64,000 bases of DNA from Somniosus microcephalus (Eukaryota), in contig CM126223.1 in NCBI GenBank assembly GCA_052327205.1, forward strand, positions 51,336,001 to 51,400,000. The letters run 5' to 3'. The position numbers and the translations under genes are program-made. This document shows, one piece after another, positions 23,250 to 37,730 of the stretch (positions are counted from its first letter, which is position 1; every line of letters begins with the position of its first letter). The notes beneath the pieces were generated by a model, which had not been told where the DNA came from, did no database searches, and was given only the letters and a program-made list of their open reading frames with translations.

Positions 23250-26200
23250 ACTTGAATAGTACTGAAGCATACATAGCCAAAACAAAGACAGGCAAATACC
23301 AGGAATTACAAGTCAATGGAACCACCTTCAAGTAATAAAAAGCAGTCACCTTTAGGAGAATGGCAAGATTTTTTAAAATTACATTTCACTATTTTTCAGA
23401 GTTTTCTTGCATCTTCATCTTGACATCCATCCTATAAATAATCATTGTAGACATACCAAGAGTGGCCCACAATCATGACTAAAATGCCTAGGTTGCTCAA
23501 ATGGGTCTTCAAAACTCAAATAAACTTGCTGTTGTAAGTGATGTAGTATCCAATTTAGAATCCTAAATACATCTTACAGAACGGTCAAGTGCGCAAGCTC
23601 TGCCTGGGGTTTCTTAACAGATTTATTTGTCCTTTCTGTCTCCCATCCCCAGGTTCCCATCCTCCTGCCTTATCTGAAAGTCCATGGAGTAGAATAGCAC
23701 ACCCAACTGTTGATGGGAGTTGTAAAATTCGCTCAAGACAAGAAATGCAATTACTGAATAAAACTAGTTAGCATCTGGAAATATAAAGCTGACAAAAAAG
23801 TTAACTTACTTTATATAAAATTAACAGGAACAGGGAAAGAATATCTACAAACAGTTTGATACTGTAGCTGAATAGTGCACAAACCACAAGGGGAGCCGAG
23901 CGCAAGCCACAGGAAGAAGTGTTCAACTCATAACGAGAAGGTCGCAAGCTTGTCCCAAGACTTGCCGTCACTGCAACCTGCTTGCTCAGTTGAGAGAATT
24001 TTGTCAAGCTGATGGAGTACTGAATCAAAGCAAGATGTTCCTTCTCAAAAAGTGAAAGCACATTCTTTCCAAAAAGTAAAGAATACTTACCCCAAAAAAA
24101 TAATCAGTGGAACTGATATTAAAGCTCCGTTACCAGTCAGACATCCACTCATTCAATGCATAGGCTTTTTAGGTAAATATATCCATCGAACTGTTTTTCA
24201 AAGTTTTTTTTAAAAATTTTAAATAATTATTTTCTTACATTTCTGGCTTTCAAAATTTGGCAGGGGAGAAAACAACCAAGAAAGGCATCAATTCAATTCG
24301 AATGTGAAAAAAGATAATATAAAAATATCCCCACTGCAAAGAAACACATATGTACACACTATTGTGCATCAAATTAGGCTTTTGCTGGTCACACTGCAGT
24401 TTTTACAATGCCCAAACAGTTTTAAAAAACTGAGCATTACTGTAAAAAGGTGACTGCGTTATACAAACAATGTCTGGCAGTAAGCTTCAAGGTAGTAAAT
24501 GCAATAGAGTGATTTTGCTGGTGTACACACACTCAATTTGTGAAGTCACATCAGAATTAAATCAACTGAATTGCTGTCTTGTAACTCATCATCAGCTGCC
24601 TATCATCATACATACAATTTTAAGGGTAGATATCCAGCAATATTGTTGAACTGGTGCTTGCAGTTTTTTGAACTAGTATAGTACAAATCAGCTACCTAGA
24701 GGGTCCAGAATTCAGTTCAATACTATGCTGTGTGTCAAATGGATGTATTTATACAGCAGCATGTGTTATTTGTACTATAATATAAATAAAAAAACTATTT
24801 GCTGCCAAGTAGCATACCTAGTAATTCTGCATGCAATTATCCTTAACCAGGCAATGAAGTGGTTTTTATAACCATCACGGTCAACATGAAGATGATCACA
24901 CAGTACAGTTATCTGCACTTGAATGCTTAACCAGAAAAAACTGCAACAGCAAAAAGCAAGGTGTGGTTCCCATGCAGGAGGTTGATAAAAAAGGAAGTGA
25001 AGTGCCATTTCAAGAAGTCCAGCATTAGGGAGGGTGGGATCAGTAAGTAGTGAGTTTTGACACTCTTGGCAGACCTTGAAGAAGCTGAGCATTGTAGAAC
25101 AGAAAACTGCAACTGCTGCCAAAAGCAGGCAGCAGAAACTGGGTAAACATTAACTCAATTGCATTTACCAATGGACTTTAACAAGGCAGTAAACACCTCA
25201 ACAATCCAAGCAGAGGTCAAGTTTTATAAATTGTATTTACATTTACATTACATATTTGTATGTGATTTCAGGTTATACCCAAACTGAATGGTGTCGACAG
25301 GCAAGTAAGTAACTTACAACTGTAAACAATGGCTCTTGCAAATTGCTAGGACACTGATGTGATGCATTTGGTTGGACATAAAATGTTCTGGTTAAAATTT
25401 CAGAATTGAAAATTTGTACAATTCTCATCACCCCTATTAGAAGGGAATACAATTCACCAATGGCAGTCAGTCAATCTAGGGACAGTCGGTGGTATAAAAC
25501 CGGTGAAATAATCCGTCATTTGCAAAAAGATCTTAGAAAAACCAACAATCCATTTAAAAGTTGGCAGGTGCCCAAACTGTGTTGCAGAAACTGCCACAAC
25601 TTGCTTTTCATGGAACTGTTTGTTCCATACAATATGGAAAAGACAAGTTGCTTTAAAAGATGGCTGTTTTCCCCTTTGACAATTTCAGAATTGGAAAACA
25701 CCAAGCACTGCATAAATCACCAAGATTATCCTGTTAACCAACTAAGTAAAAAGGGTTTCAAAAGTGTAAATTTTCACTGCAGACTCACTGGTACTTGCCT
25801 CAGTGTTGCTGGGATGCATGCCATTTAATAAGAGGATTACCAACAGCTTTCCGAAAAGTAGTAATAAAACATTCAGGTCCCATTCAATCTTCTGGGACTG
25901 TAAACCATCCTGTACAAGTTCTGGCAAACAATCTGGAAACAAATCCATTACAAAATCTACAACTTTCTAATTAGAGCTGCAGCAAACCTGTATATTCAAG
26001 CCTCTGACTGAACACATTACCAATGCTTTGAACAGTATTTTCAGTATTTTGTGGCACAAAAGTGCAGGAAATACAGGAACACAAGTGCCAAAGAAGGCAA
26101 AAACACTTTGGGTCAGAAGCTCAAATGAATACTTGGCACCCAATAGAAAGCCAAAATCCAGCTGGAGTAAACAGAGGGCCAGAGATTCGAGCTTCATTAC

Positions 26201-26789
26201 AGCCCTACACACAATATACACTCAACCACCCATGTAGTGTTGCAAGTCCAGTGTTGCAACACAGTTTTCCTGATGCTACTCTGCATGACGTGAACAAGGG
26301 AACAAAGAGCTCAAACATAGAACAGATAGATTTTCATAAAACAAAAAGTTACAAAGTAACAAAAACACCTGGTCAAAGTTCATGGTTGTAATACAATATT
26401 ACTATTTAGACAACATTCACAAAGAGTAGATATAGTAACTCTTTCACTGGGATGCAACCTTCTAATACTTCAGCAGTGCGGTCACTAGGTATATTTTACA
26501 CATCAGTACTAATGCCAGTGCCAAGGAGAGGTTAAAAAAGTTATACTTAAGGCAATATACTTTAATGATAAGCCATGTGCTGCTTGCAGGATACTGGATT
26601 CATCACTTCAAAGGCGTCCTCTCACAAATTACAAAGCATTATCTACCAGTACTTCAACACTGTTCTACAGCTCAATAGTCTCCATACATATTTGGAAGGA
26701 CAACCTAAACCTCTACTTTTCCATGATTCAATGGCTGATTTTCCCCCAACCCAATATTCAAGATGAGTCTAGGAGACTTTGTTCAGCTC

Positions 26790-27001
26790 CCACACACCAC
26801 CCTGACTTGGAAATACATTGGCCGTTCGTTCATTGTTGCGGAGTCAAAATCCTGGAACTCCCTACCCAACAGAACTGTGGGAGTACCTTCACCTCTCAGA
26901 CTGCAGCAGTTCAAGGCTGCAGCTCACCACCACCTTCAAGGGCAATTAGGGATGGGCCTTGCCAGCGACATCCATATCCCATGAACGAATATTTAAAAAA
27001 A
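26790..27001 (+). mobile_element. LINE 3' end (CR1/L2 group)
   Basis: It encodes RSFIVAESKSWNSLP...LQQFKAAAHHHL, typical of an ORF2 C-terminus, followed by a short UTR and an A-rich end. Confidence 0.7.
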
Positions 27002-28340
27002 TATATATCTATGTACACTTGCCAACTGTTCTTGGAATCTACAATAAGCAAATAGAGTCAGCATTGCAAGAACACTTCAAAAAGGTGTTTGTAGTCAGCA
27101 AGCACATTTAACACGAGACAAAGTACAACCCACAGCACCTGAGCTACAGGGGGAGCAACAAAAAAAGGAAAAAATTCTCCAAGGAAAGTGAAGTGACTTG
27201 TGTGCCAGCCAACCAGCTAAAATTCATGGAACAACTTCCTTGTGATGGGTTCCCTCAAGAGTAGGAATCATGCTGTGGCTACTTGGTGTTGGGCTCGCAC
27301 TGTGCAACATGTCTTGTATCTAGAGCAGCCAGGCAAAGGGTGTGCATCGCTGGCAGCTGAATGCAGAATCTATATTCTCTTGCCACAGAATTTTCTTTGG
27401 CTTGCTGAAGAATTAGGAGGTTCAGTCTATAGTTTTACACAAGTTTCCCCTCTTTCACACCCCCCATCTTCCATAGTTCAAGAGGGTATTGTATGGAATA
27501 AGTCTTGCAGCCCCATTACATTTTACAGAAATCCTAGCAACACATCAATAATCTGCACTTGCTACAATAAAGGTTACATTAATTGCTGAACTGTGATTAA
27601 AATAGAATTCAGGAAGTGTTTGCAATAGAAAATATTTCCCTTGGAATTTTTTTTGCAAAGCAGGAGATGCAAAAGTGGAATTACAATTCTCAAAAAGGAT
27701 CAAGGTTAAGCACATACACCACTTGTCCATTTAAACATTTCCACAGATACACAACCTATCCTTCAATTATAGATTACATCTTCCAAAACATAACCAAGGC
27801 TTATTGCCAAAAGTACCTCCCCTGTAGGAATACATTTCATCCCTACCATTACACTTCCTGAAATTTCTAGTTTCAAAATGCTTCCTAATTTTTAAAGAGG
27901 TTGCAGGTCAAATTTTAATTGTAGCAGTTTACCAGATGGCTGGCTATTTGTCACAGCAATCTGAATAATGACCCCAGGAAACGCAAGGTTTATGGAGACT
28001 AGGTTTGATTGCAATCTTTATCATTCCTTCCCCCCCCTCCCCTCTCAAATCAGCAATGTCATTTTCACACATTCAGTAACATGGACAGCTTTAAAAAAGT
28101 GGTTTGAAGTTCGTAAATGTGACTGTGTGTAGTTTTAAATAGAATTCCAAGAAGATGGTTTTCCCTTTATAAAATTACTGCTTAAATATGGCACACTCTA
28201 CATTTAGACCATTAAAAATTACAGCAGGATATATTTTAACCAGCCAAAGGAACAGAGATTTTTTTTTATATAAAAGGGGGATATAGATACGTATCCTACA
28301 TATGGATAGAAGAGGGCTCAAAAACCAAGGTTATCCTTTA

Positions 28341-28648
28341 TATCTGCGCTCTTCCAATTCTGGCCTCTTAAGCATCCCCGATTTGAATCACGCCACCATT
28401 GGTGGCTATGCCTTCAGCTGGCAATGCCCCAAGCTCTGCAATTCCCTCCCTAAACCTCACTGCATCTGTATCTCTTCCTCTTTCTCCTTTAAGACGCTCC
28501 TGAAAAGCTACTTTTTTGACCGAGCTTTTGGTCATCTGCCCTCATTTCTCCTTGTGCCTCTGTGCCAATTTTTGTTTTATAATGCTCCTGTGAAGCACTT
28601 GGGGATGTTTTACTAAGTTAAAGGCACTAGTTAAATACAAGTTGTTGT
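28341..28648 (+). mobile_element. L2-type LINE 3' end
   Basis: It encodes LRSSNSGLLSIP...GGYAFS...PKLCNSLPK...FKTLLKSYFFDRAF, and its tail (GTGAAGCACTTGGGATG...AAATACAAGTTGTTG) is shared with the SINE 3' ends. Confidence 0.75.
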
Positions 28649-31600
28649 AGAGTTCAGATAGGTTGACTGCCAGAAATTTCAGATAAAAATCAGCAGTAAC
28701 CATTTTCAAACCATCCAAGCCCACTGCTGACAGTGGGATCTGTAATTAGTGCAATTCAGAGCACATGGTTAGGTGATAAAACAATCTGGTAAAATTTGCA
28801 GAGGATACCACAAAGATGCTGGTGCAGTAACACATTTAAAAAAAGAGACAAGACTGCAAAATACATGTGAGCAACATTGGGCCCGTTTAGTGTTTCATTT
28901 ACATAATAGGCAAATGTCAAATTTGGTTGAAGAAAATGTAGTGAAAAGGTGGATTTACTTCATATTCCTGCAAATCAGGAGGTATACAGCAGTTGCATGC
29001 AGGGATTAAGCACATTATGCAGATTTGTGGCATTAAGTAATGAGTACCAATGAGTGCAAAGGATAATGAGGGTTTTATGGAGTATTGCTTGTGTGCTTCG
29101 TTCTGCTCCCTCCTCCAAAATGTAATTGGAGAAAGCAGCAGTGATCATATCATGCACATCACAGCTGTCAAACATACTGCAAAGTAAAGACGGTGACCAA
29201 AAAAGTAAAAATGACATCAACTACACCTTTTCTTTCACACATTCTGCAACAAATAGAACAAAAGCAATTTTTGAAAGTTGCACAAAGTAGTTCCATATAT
29301 AAAGTCAGAACAATTCCAAACTTAAAAACACAGTACAACTTTATAATGAACATTATAAATACTGTCATGACAACGTCATAACAAGGTTTGAAGTGCTGGG
29401 AATAGGATAATCTTCCTGAATAATTTTACCAGTCTTCCAAAATAAACTTCCTTTTAAACTTGGCAGACATTGCATAATTTTGATTAAACTCAATTTATTT
29501 CTGTACTTCATGACTTGATGGTAGCTTGCAGCTTAACATCGGTTTTTGATTGGGAAAACAAGACTTTTTTTTAAAACCAGTATTTTTCCCCTTCTCGCCC
29601 TACCCCATTCCATGGCCAGAAGAGCAACAGGAATCCTTGTTCCTATAGCTCAGCCAAGGATGCTTTGTACTGGCTGCCAAGAGATCCAGAAGAGTAATCC
29701 AGGATTACTCAGGTGCTCGTAGGAAATGGGTGACCTCCGTCCGCTTGCTGCCTTCCCCACAACCTAGCTAGAACATGTCATGTGAGAAATCGCAGGTGCA
29801 AAGCTGCGTCCTTCTATTACACAACACATCAATCCAACTGGCATCCTGGTGTAATATTTCTTAATTCTTCAATATGAATATACACAAGTTGGCACATTAA
29901 CTCAAGAACCGAAATATGATTCTGCAGAATAAAAATTACATTTAATCCCAAGTGCATCATGAAGACATTTTTCCTTAATGGTAGGTCTGTGTTCTGTAAT
30001 TAATTGTCATTATTAACATTTCTGTGGTAATTTTTCCAAACAAAAGCTAAATATTTGATCCTCAACATGTTTAGCTCCCAAGTACCAAGATCCTTAAAAT
30101 GTTAACTACTTCAAAAACCAGGACAAGTAGGGTTTCAAAATTTTATAATGGAAATTATATTCAACTACAAAAACAGTTGATCTGTATTCTTAGGCAAATT
30201 ACATTGAGTTTCTCCTTAAAATTATAAACATTTAAATTTAAATGTAAAAGCAGTAATAAATTATGCAATTCTCAATGGCCAGTTACAAATCCAGCCATGC
30301 AGTCATAGAGAAGCACAAATAAAGACCAAACATTTTTCTAACAGGGAATCATCCAGGGCCAACCTCGTACATTTCACAGCAACAAAGGATGGAATTGCAG
30401 AGATATGTCTCTCAGTCAAAGATGTTGTGTGGCAGAGGGATAAAATAAGCACCTTCAAAAAGAGGCAAACTAGGAGTTGAAGCTAGAGTTTTTTGGGGGA
30501 AAAAAAGTATATTAACAGTATTGATGCAGAGAGTAATTTGTTGGTTTCTCTGCCTTTATTTCCCCATGTTATAGCTGGGGTAGAGCAAACAAAGGGCAAC
30601 CCCCAGCTTAAGTGCCTCTTGCAGTGGCTAGTTTAGGACTACAGGCTTGTGTCAGCCATGGTGCTTGGCACAGAGATTACCAGAGGGGCAGGAAAATATG
30701 AGACGGGTTTAGGGAAGGAAAGGACAATATTGTGCGTAAAAGGCAACAATATTCTTTTCTTCCTTGCTGGGGTACAGTACGAGTGCCAGCCGCCCTCAAT
30801 ACCTCACCGATGTGGCCATTCTTCCTGTGAGCCACAGGTCATTTAGCCATCATGCACTTGATTTTCCAAGTTACATGCCCATAAGAATCCCCCCCTACCC
30901 AACATTTTTCGCCCCTTCACAATGCTGTAATCACTTAAATATAAACAGTCTACAGCATTAGCATGCTAAAATTTCAAGCTTACTTAGAACGGCTGAAATG
31001 CTTTAGACTTAAGTGGCAGCTTCACAACAGGCATACTTTTTGTCAAACCCCTTACAACAAAGCCTTGATTAAGCAGTCGGCCACGAGGAAGCTTGTTGCA
31101 TAACACTGAATATCTACAATATCAAGGAGGTTGGCACAATCTGTCCAGTATAGGTCCTTCCAGGATGATAAATACAGATATTCAAACAACTAATGATGAA
31201 CCGGAGGCTCAAAATGAAAGCTGCTGGAAGGCATTACTTGAAGGCCAAGTACAAGAACAAGAACATGTGCTCACATATGATTGAGCTGCAGAGACACAAA
31301 TTTGCTGGTGCTGTTCTGCACCCCCGTAACTGGTGGAGTCACCATCTGATAGGAACACTGCGTGTGTCCATGCTAGTCAGAAAGGTAATAGTGGCAACAC
31401 ATTCTCTTATTTTATGGCTAATTGTGCTATTCGGCTCCAAACCAAACTACGAGACATCCACAGAAGCAGAGTTTTTCTGTTTATTGAGTACACACATTCT
31501 CCCCATAGGGGCACAGTTTAGTTACCCAAGACCAGAGACTTCAGATGGCAGTTGGCAAGAGGCAAAGCTCGAGGAGCCCCAAGTACGACTGGAGTTGAAC

Positions 31601-34274
31601 TGACTAAAATCAAGCAGCAGAGCATTGATGAGCTGTCTGTTGCTTGTCCAACTAGAATCATCTCATCCAAAAACTGCATTTGGGAGAGGATACTGGCAAC
31701 TTATTCTACAGAAACCACACCTTCTCTTGGCCACTGTAAATAAAAGCATAATTTTCCCAAGTACTGTAAATGGAAAAGAAATGTCCTCCATTTGATATTT
31801 ACAATGCTAGGGTCCTTTGCGGTTCAGCAGGTTTATCTGGCGAGAAACTGAGCCACTCACACCAGGAAAATCCCAGGTTCAATCCCTAGTTGAAGTCAGC
31901 TAATCTCAGCTGGGATGTTCCAATTAGCCTCCGCACCCCAGAGAATCAGGTTCTACCAACCTCACGAGAAACATCTATGGTGTTCTATCTAGAGACAACA
32001 ATTAGCGTTGAAGAAACACACCCAACCAGCTAAACTCAATTGTAGCCAACACTGGGAATCAAAGTTCAAACCTTTGAGTCAATTGTTCAACAACCCAGCT
32101 GCCCAAGCTGCCAAAATACAACCAATATTAGATTTGAATACTGCCCAGTGAAAAGTTTATATATGCAGTAATTACAGTAATACTTACCCATTAAATCCAC
32201 TGATTAATTTCTTTTGACCAGCACAGTGTTTATAATGCACAGAAGGATGCTTACAGCAGAGGTCATTAAGTAGAGCAAAAATCATCCCTCTACTCCCCAA
32301 AGTAATAGTCTGGTAGCATTACCCGACTGCACATTACTAATTAATGAATGTTTCCTGACCCGAGCTCAGTAAGTGGTGCTTTTCACACATGGATTTACAG
32401 AGAAAGATGCAGTCAACACATTACAATTTATTATGCTTAGAAGATTTAATAGTTGAATTGTATGTGCATTTCACATAATCTCCTCTACCACCACCGCCCC
32501 CCCCCCCCAAAATTTATTCAATCCTCCATTTTACATAAAACCCAAAATGGATACAATGGTTGAAATGCAACCCTAAATAAATAATCAGCTGTGCATCAGG
32601 TGTGTTCATTTTCCACATTAAAACTGGAGACCTGGCAACATGAAGCAAGGTACTTAATTGTTTAAATGTTGCGACAAGCATTGCAGTTATTAAGATTAAA
32701 AAAGACAGCTTGAATTATGGTGGAGATCGCTTCCAAATCAAAAAAATGTTGGCATCTGGAAACACATTTTTAAAACCTTTTGAAAGTTGGCAGTGAAAAC
32801 ATTTTATTGTTTTAAAGTGTCCTTTGGTTTTCCCCAAGACCACCAAATACAATAAAGATAATCTTGTGTGGCTTTACAAGACACAAGGCTTATCACAGTT
32901 GGAACAGCTAGCAATCCAAAGTGCTATTAACAGATGTTCAGCTAGCATTGCACGCTAGTAAACAGCGAGTTTAAAAGGCACTTCTGTAACAAGTGTGAAG
33001 TTGGAGTCAGCAGCACAGTAATACAACTATCAATTTTACACGACAAATATAAAACAAGTCAAATTTCACACCTGCATCACTGCCTGAGACTCACCATTTT
33101 ATGGGTTCAAGGGCTACAGTTGGAATTTGACTGACCAACAGGGGCTGGCATCTCACAGATGCTGTAAATAGGAGAGCAGCACTCGAGGTCACAGACCTCC
33201 ACTTGAACACAGCTCTCCTGCAGTCCCAGCAGTAATGCAAAAGTACTTAAAATGATACATTGCATTTTTTTCCCCTGACTGATCTGGGAGCAGATTGCCC
33301 ACATTTTTTAAAAAAATCAAATCTTTGTACCCAAATGTATTTCATTTTGGTATTGGTAATTGGCTTATATATTGGTACCAATATTCTATAATTAAAAACT
33401 ATATTGATACAACATTAAAGTCTGTTAAGTGGGTTTTTTTAATATAATACTTTCACCACTACTTTAGTTAGTACTACAAATTCAAAATAGTCTCTCCAGA
33501 CAAAAAGTTTGAGACATCAAATCTATAGTTGCACTGCTGGGATGTTTCTCAAATTAAGTTGGCAAAATACAAAAGAAATTCACAACCATTACACATCACT
33601 AAGTGACAACACTGCAGATGCATACAAATCTAGCTTAGTCATTCATATCTAGCTTTCCCACAAAATGCTCAAATCTTCTATACACTAAATTGGAATTTTA
33701 CACATAGCTAAGAATCATGTTTGGCTAAGTGAATGCATGTCTGAACAGGAAGCAGACTGTGCCACACAAGGCCCTCATCCATTATATTAGCTGCATGAAT
33801 GAATCACATGCACTGATAGAAATATTAATTAGTGCAAGCGTCAACTGAAAAACAAGGAAATGCAGATCATGTGTAAGCAAGTTCCAAAAACAAACATCAG
33901 CTCACTCAATGTGCTGTCAATCGACAATGAAGTGGAAGTGTATCAGTAATGTTTTTCTAATTTTAGTTATAGTTGTGTCAACATCATATTTCACATATAA
34001 AATATAGCACACCCAAGATACAATGAAACTCCTTCTACACTGCCTCAAAAATGTACCTCAAAATGCAACTTCAGAAAAACATCTGGGCTAATAAAAAAAG
34101 CCAGAAAAATGTTGTTACTGTACTCCTAACGAAGTACTGAGATTGAAACTAGCAGTTAACCAAACGTGGTTTAATGCACTGGTAAAAGTTACAAACAAAA
34201 ACGCAGGAGAAACTCTAAACAGGTCTGTGCTATACTTGGTTCCACGAGGACTGAAAGGACACGCCTCTCCCCTC

Positions 34275-34372
34275 TGACGTCATCACATTTCCCGCCGTTG
34301 GGAACGTCACGTGACCTGCGTGATGACATCATCGCGCTGGATCGACATTTTACCGAACCCACGCTATTTATA
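34275..34372. promoter_or_regulatory. Intronic CpG-rich cis-element cluster (candidate enhancer or internal promoter)
   Basis: Within 100 bp lie TGACGTCA 34275-34282, TTTCCCGC 34288-34295, GTCACGTGAC 34306-34315, TGACATCA 34324-34331 and TATTTATA 34365-34372, in an otherwise CpG-poor intron. Confidence 0.55.
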
Positions 34373-34885
34373 CAGAGCAAACATTTAAAGGTAACAAACC
34401 CCTGTTAAAGGCAATTATATACATTATACTGCAAGAGTCTCTTGGTGGCTTTGCCACATTACCATCCTGGAGACAATGTCCCCCCCCACTCCAAGCCACC
34501 ATCACGCCACAGCCATTCTGGCAAGATCAATAACATGGAGCATCTCAAAAGTAGTTCCATTAATCTCGACAGGAACCAGGTACTTCAGACCAGCATAGAA
34601 GTCAATCTGGAACCAACTAATCCCAGGAAAATGCATAGTACTGAGAATATTTTTATTAATCCATTTGTTTACTATCCGACAGCAGACATTCTTTTGGGCG
34701 GGGGGGGGAAGAAATAAATAAAAAAGGGGTTTAGGGTTAGAATCCAGGTTGAGTATTCATTTAACAAAGTTACACATTTTTGAAACTTCACTATCAACTG
34801 GTGCTCAGTTTCATACGTCCTAACTAAATAGGGTGTTCTTGCATCAAGTTCATGCTGTACATGGCTACACAAGAGGAAATATTCT

Positions 34886-36318
34886 TTGTTCCAGTCCTAC
34901 TCGGGTCCACTCCCTCACCTCTTTTTCCGGTACATTGATGACTATCGGTGCCGTTTCCTGCTCTCGCCTTGAACTAGACAATTTCATTCACTTTGCCTCC
35001 AATTTCCACCCTTCCCTCACCTTCACTTGGTCCACCTCCGACTCTTCCCTTCCTCGACTTCTCCGTCTCCATCTCTGGGGATAGGTTATTGACCATTCAC
35101 TACAAGCCCACTGACTCCCACAGCTGCCTGGACTACACTTCCTCCCACCCCGCCTCCTGTAAGGACTCTATTCCATTCTCCCAGTTTCTCCGTCTCCGCA
35201 ACATCTGCTCCGAAGGTGCCACCTTCCACACCAGTGCTTCCGACATGTCTTCCTTTTTCCTCAACCGAGGATTCCCCTCTACCATGGTTGACGCGGCCCT
35301 CAACCGCGTCCGTTCTGTCTCCCGCACTTCTGCCCTCACCCCTGCCCCTCCCGGAACCACGATAGGGTTCCCTTTGTCCTCACCTTTCACCCCACCAGCC
35401 TCCACATTCAACGGATCATCCTCCGCCATCTCCAAACAAATCTTCCCCTCCCCTTTCAGCATTCCGTAGGGACCGCTCCCTCCGAGACACCCTAGTCCAC
35501 TCCTCTATCACCCCCAGCAACCCTTCGCCAGGCATCTTCCCGTGTAAGCGCAGGAGATGCAACACCTGCCCTTTTACCTCCCCCCTGCCCAGGGCCCCAA
35601 ACACCCCTTACAGGTGAAACAGTGATTTACTTGTACTTCTTGCAATCTAGTATACTGTATTCACTGCTCACGATGCAGTCTCTACATTGGAGAGACCAAA
35701 CGCAGATTGGGTGACCGTTTTGCGGAACACCTCCGTTCAGTCCGTCAGGGTGACCCCGAGCTTCCGGTCGCCTGTCAATTCAATTCACCGCTGCATTCCC
35801 ACTCAGACCTCACCGTCCTTGGCCTCTTGCATTGTTCCACGGAAGCTCAGCGTAAGCTCGAGGAACAGCACCTTATCTTCCGATTAGGCACTTTACAGCC
35901 TTCCGGACTCAATATAGAGTTCAACAATTTCAGATCATAACCTCAGCCTCTATCATATTTTTTATCCTCACTTTTGGTTTGTGCCTTTCCCTTTTTTTTT
36001 CTCTCCCACATGGCAGCGGTCTTTCATTCTGCCAGCGCATTTCACACTTCATCTAGAGCCATCCTTTGTCTCTTTACTTGTCCTATTACCATCTCGTCTC
36101 GCCTTGAATATCTCAATGTCTCTTCACCTCTCCCAGTCCTTCCTTTTTGTTCTTTCATCCCCTCCCCCATTTCCCAGCCCCCAAACTTGCTTCTTAATCT
36201 GTTTCATTTCCTGCTTTTTTCTCAGTCCTGACGAAGGGTCTTCAACCTGAAACGTTAACCGTTTCTCTCTCCACAGATGTTGCCTGGCCTGCTGAGTTTT
36301 TCCAGTGTTTTTTGTTAT
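34886..36318 (+). mobile_element. Penelope-like retroelement fragment (RT C-terminus, GIY-YIG, terminus), frameshifted
   Basis: TTCCGGTACATTGATGAC = FRYIDD at ~34925-34942, followed by FLDFSVSI...HYKPTDSH and then GETKRRLGDRFAEHLRSV. Its 3' end matches that of 7489-8299. A possible TSD is GAAATATTCT/GAAAGATTCT (34876-34885, 36319-36328; 9/10). Confidence 0.9.
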
Positions 36319-37560
36319 GAAAGATTCTGGATACTTTTTAGTGTTGATGTTTTGATTAACCTTTAGTTGCAGTTAGGACAGATAAACAGACGCCCTCCAT
36401 GACAGGCAGAACTTGCTGGTGGGCCACTATATAGTTAGGGAGCCTGTACAAACAGGAGAATGGTTGGGATAGGGGATGATTTAGCTTGCCTAGCTGAAAT
36501 TGTGAGTCAGAGCTCTGGAAAAACCATAGAAGAATCCAACGTGGAAAGAACAAGCTTTAGCCAAATTGAGCTTTGAAATTGCAGTCTACCAACAAGCTGG
36601 TCCACAGGTCGAATAAAAAAGGTCCAAAAGTACGAGGAAAAAGAAACACATTTTAATCACTAATTTTTAGTGCTATTCGTAGGGTTTCATTGAAGCATTT
36701 AACAGTCGGAAATGCACACTCAACTCGGACAGGGGGCACTCATTTCTGTTCAACAAATTTCATTATAATTTCTACTGTATAAATTTGGCCCATAAAAAGC
36801 ACTCATTTTTAAAATCAGAATAATTAAATTGGAATAATTTATATACACTTGCTCCCACACTTGTTACTATCAAAATTCTTCAGATTTCTCAAAGACCCTT
36901 CTGTTGCAGTTCAGGCTCTCTTCACTGCCCCACCTCAACCTACTATTACTGTCTTGTGTTCCCAACAATAGGGAACTCAGCGTTAGAATTTATCTTGTGG
37001 TGCAAAACCTTCAGCCTTATGTCACGTGTGTGATAGTACAACTAAGATTAACAATTATCCAACTGCAGATAACACAGGAAGGCAGAAAATATCAGACCAG
37101 TGTCAACAGGCTAAAATCAGTCACGATTTATTTACAGCTTAAATATATAAAAGCATTAAGGCACAGCAAGATACTTAGAATGCAATACTTATGAACAACA
37201 GCATGAGTTCACAAACTGTTAATATCCTTTTTAGAACACTAGTAGATATTCTGTGGAGAGAACATCAGGACCACCAAAAAAGTCACATTTCAGCTTTATT
37301 AAATGGTGTTCTGGGACTTTTACAATGATCAATTATGCTGTGAAAACCATAAGTATACACGCATCACTTGCCAATTCATTTCTGTAGAAAATTCAGTTAC
37401 AAACATTTCTAGTATGAACCATTTTTGAGGCTTTAGGGATTTTTAATATTAAAATATGGCAACTGTAAAGAAAATTGAGCATAAGGTAATTTGCTGGTTT
37501 ATGGAAATTTATTTTATTTGAAGACAGCATAAATCAGTAAACTCACTATTATTGAGCCAA

Positions 37561-37730
37561 GGGGTAAATTTTCCAGTCTTATGCTCTTGGCACATGTCAG
37601 GGAAATTAATTTCCACAGCCCATCATTTTGGGTCCATTCATTTCAAAGGATGGAAAATCATGGGCTGTATGTAGGTGCTCAATTCCCCGATACGCACTCT
37701 TGACATTTACAGAAGCAGGAAATTTACCCA
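37561..37730. mobile_element. Palindromic MITE, possibly PIF/Harbinger-type
   Basis: It has termini GGGGTAAATTTTCC and GGAAATTTACCCA, inner arms ACAGCCCATCATTTT (37615-37629) and AAAATCATGGGCTGT (37654-37668), and 3-bp flanks CAA/TAA. Confidence 0.6.
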
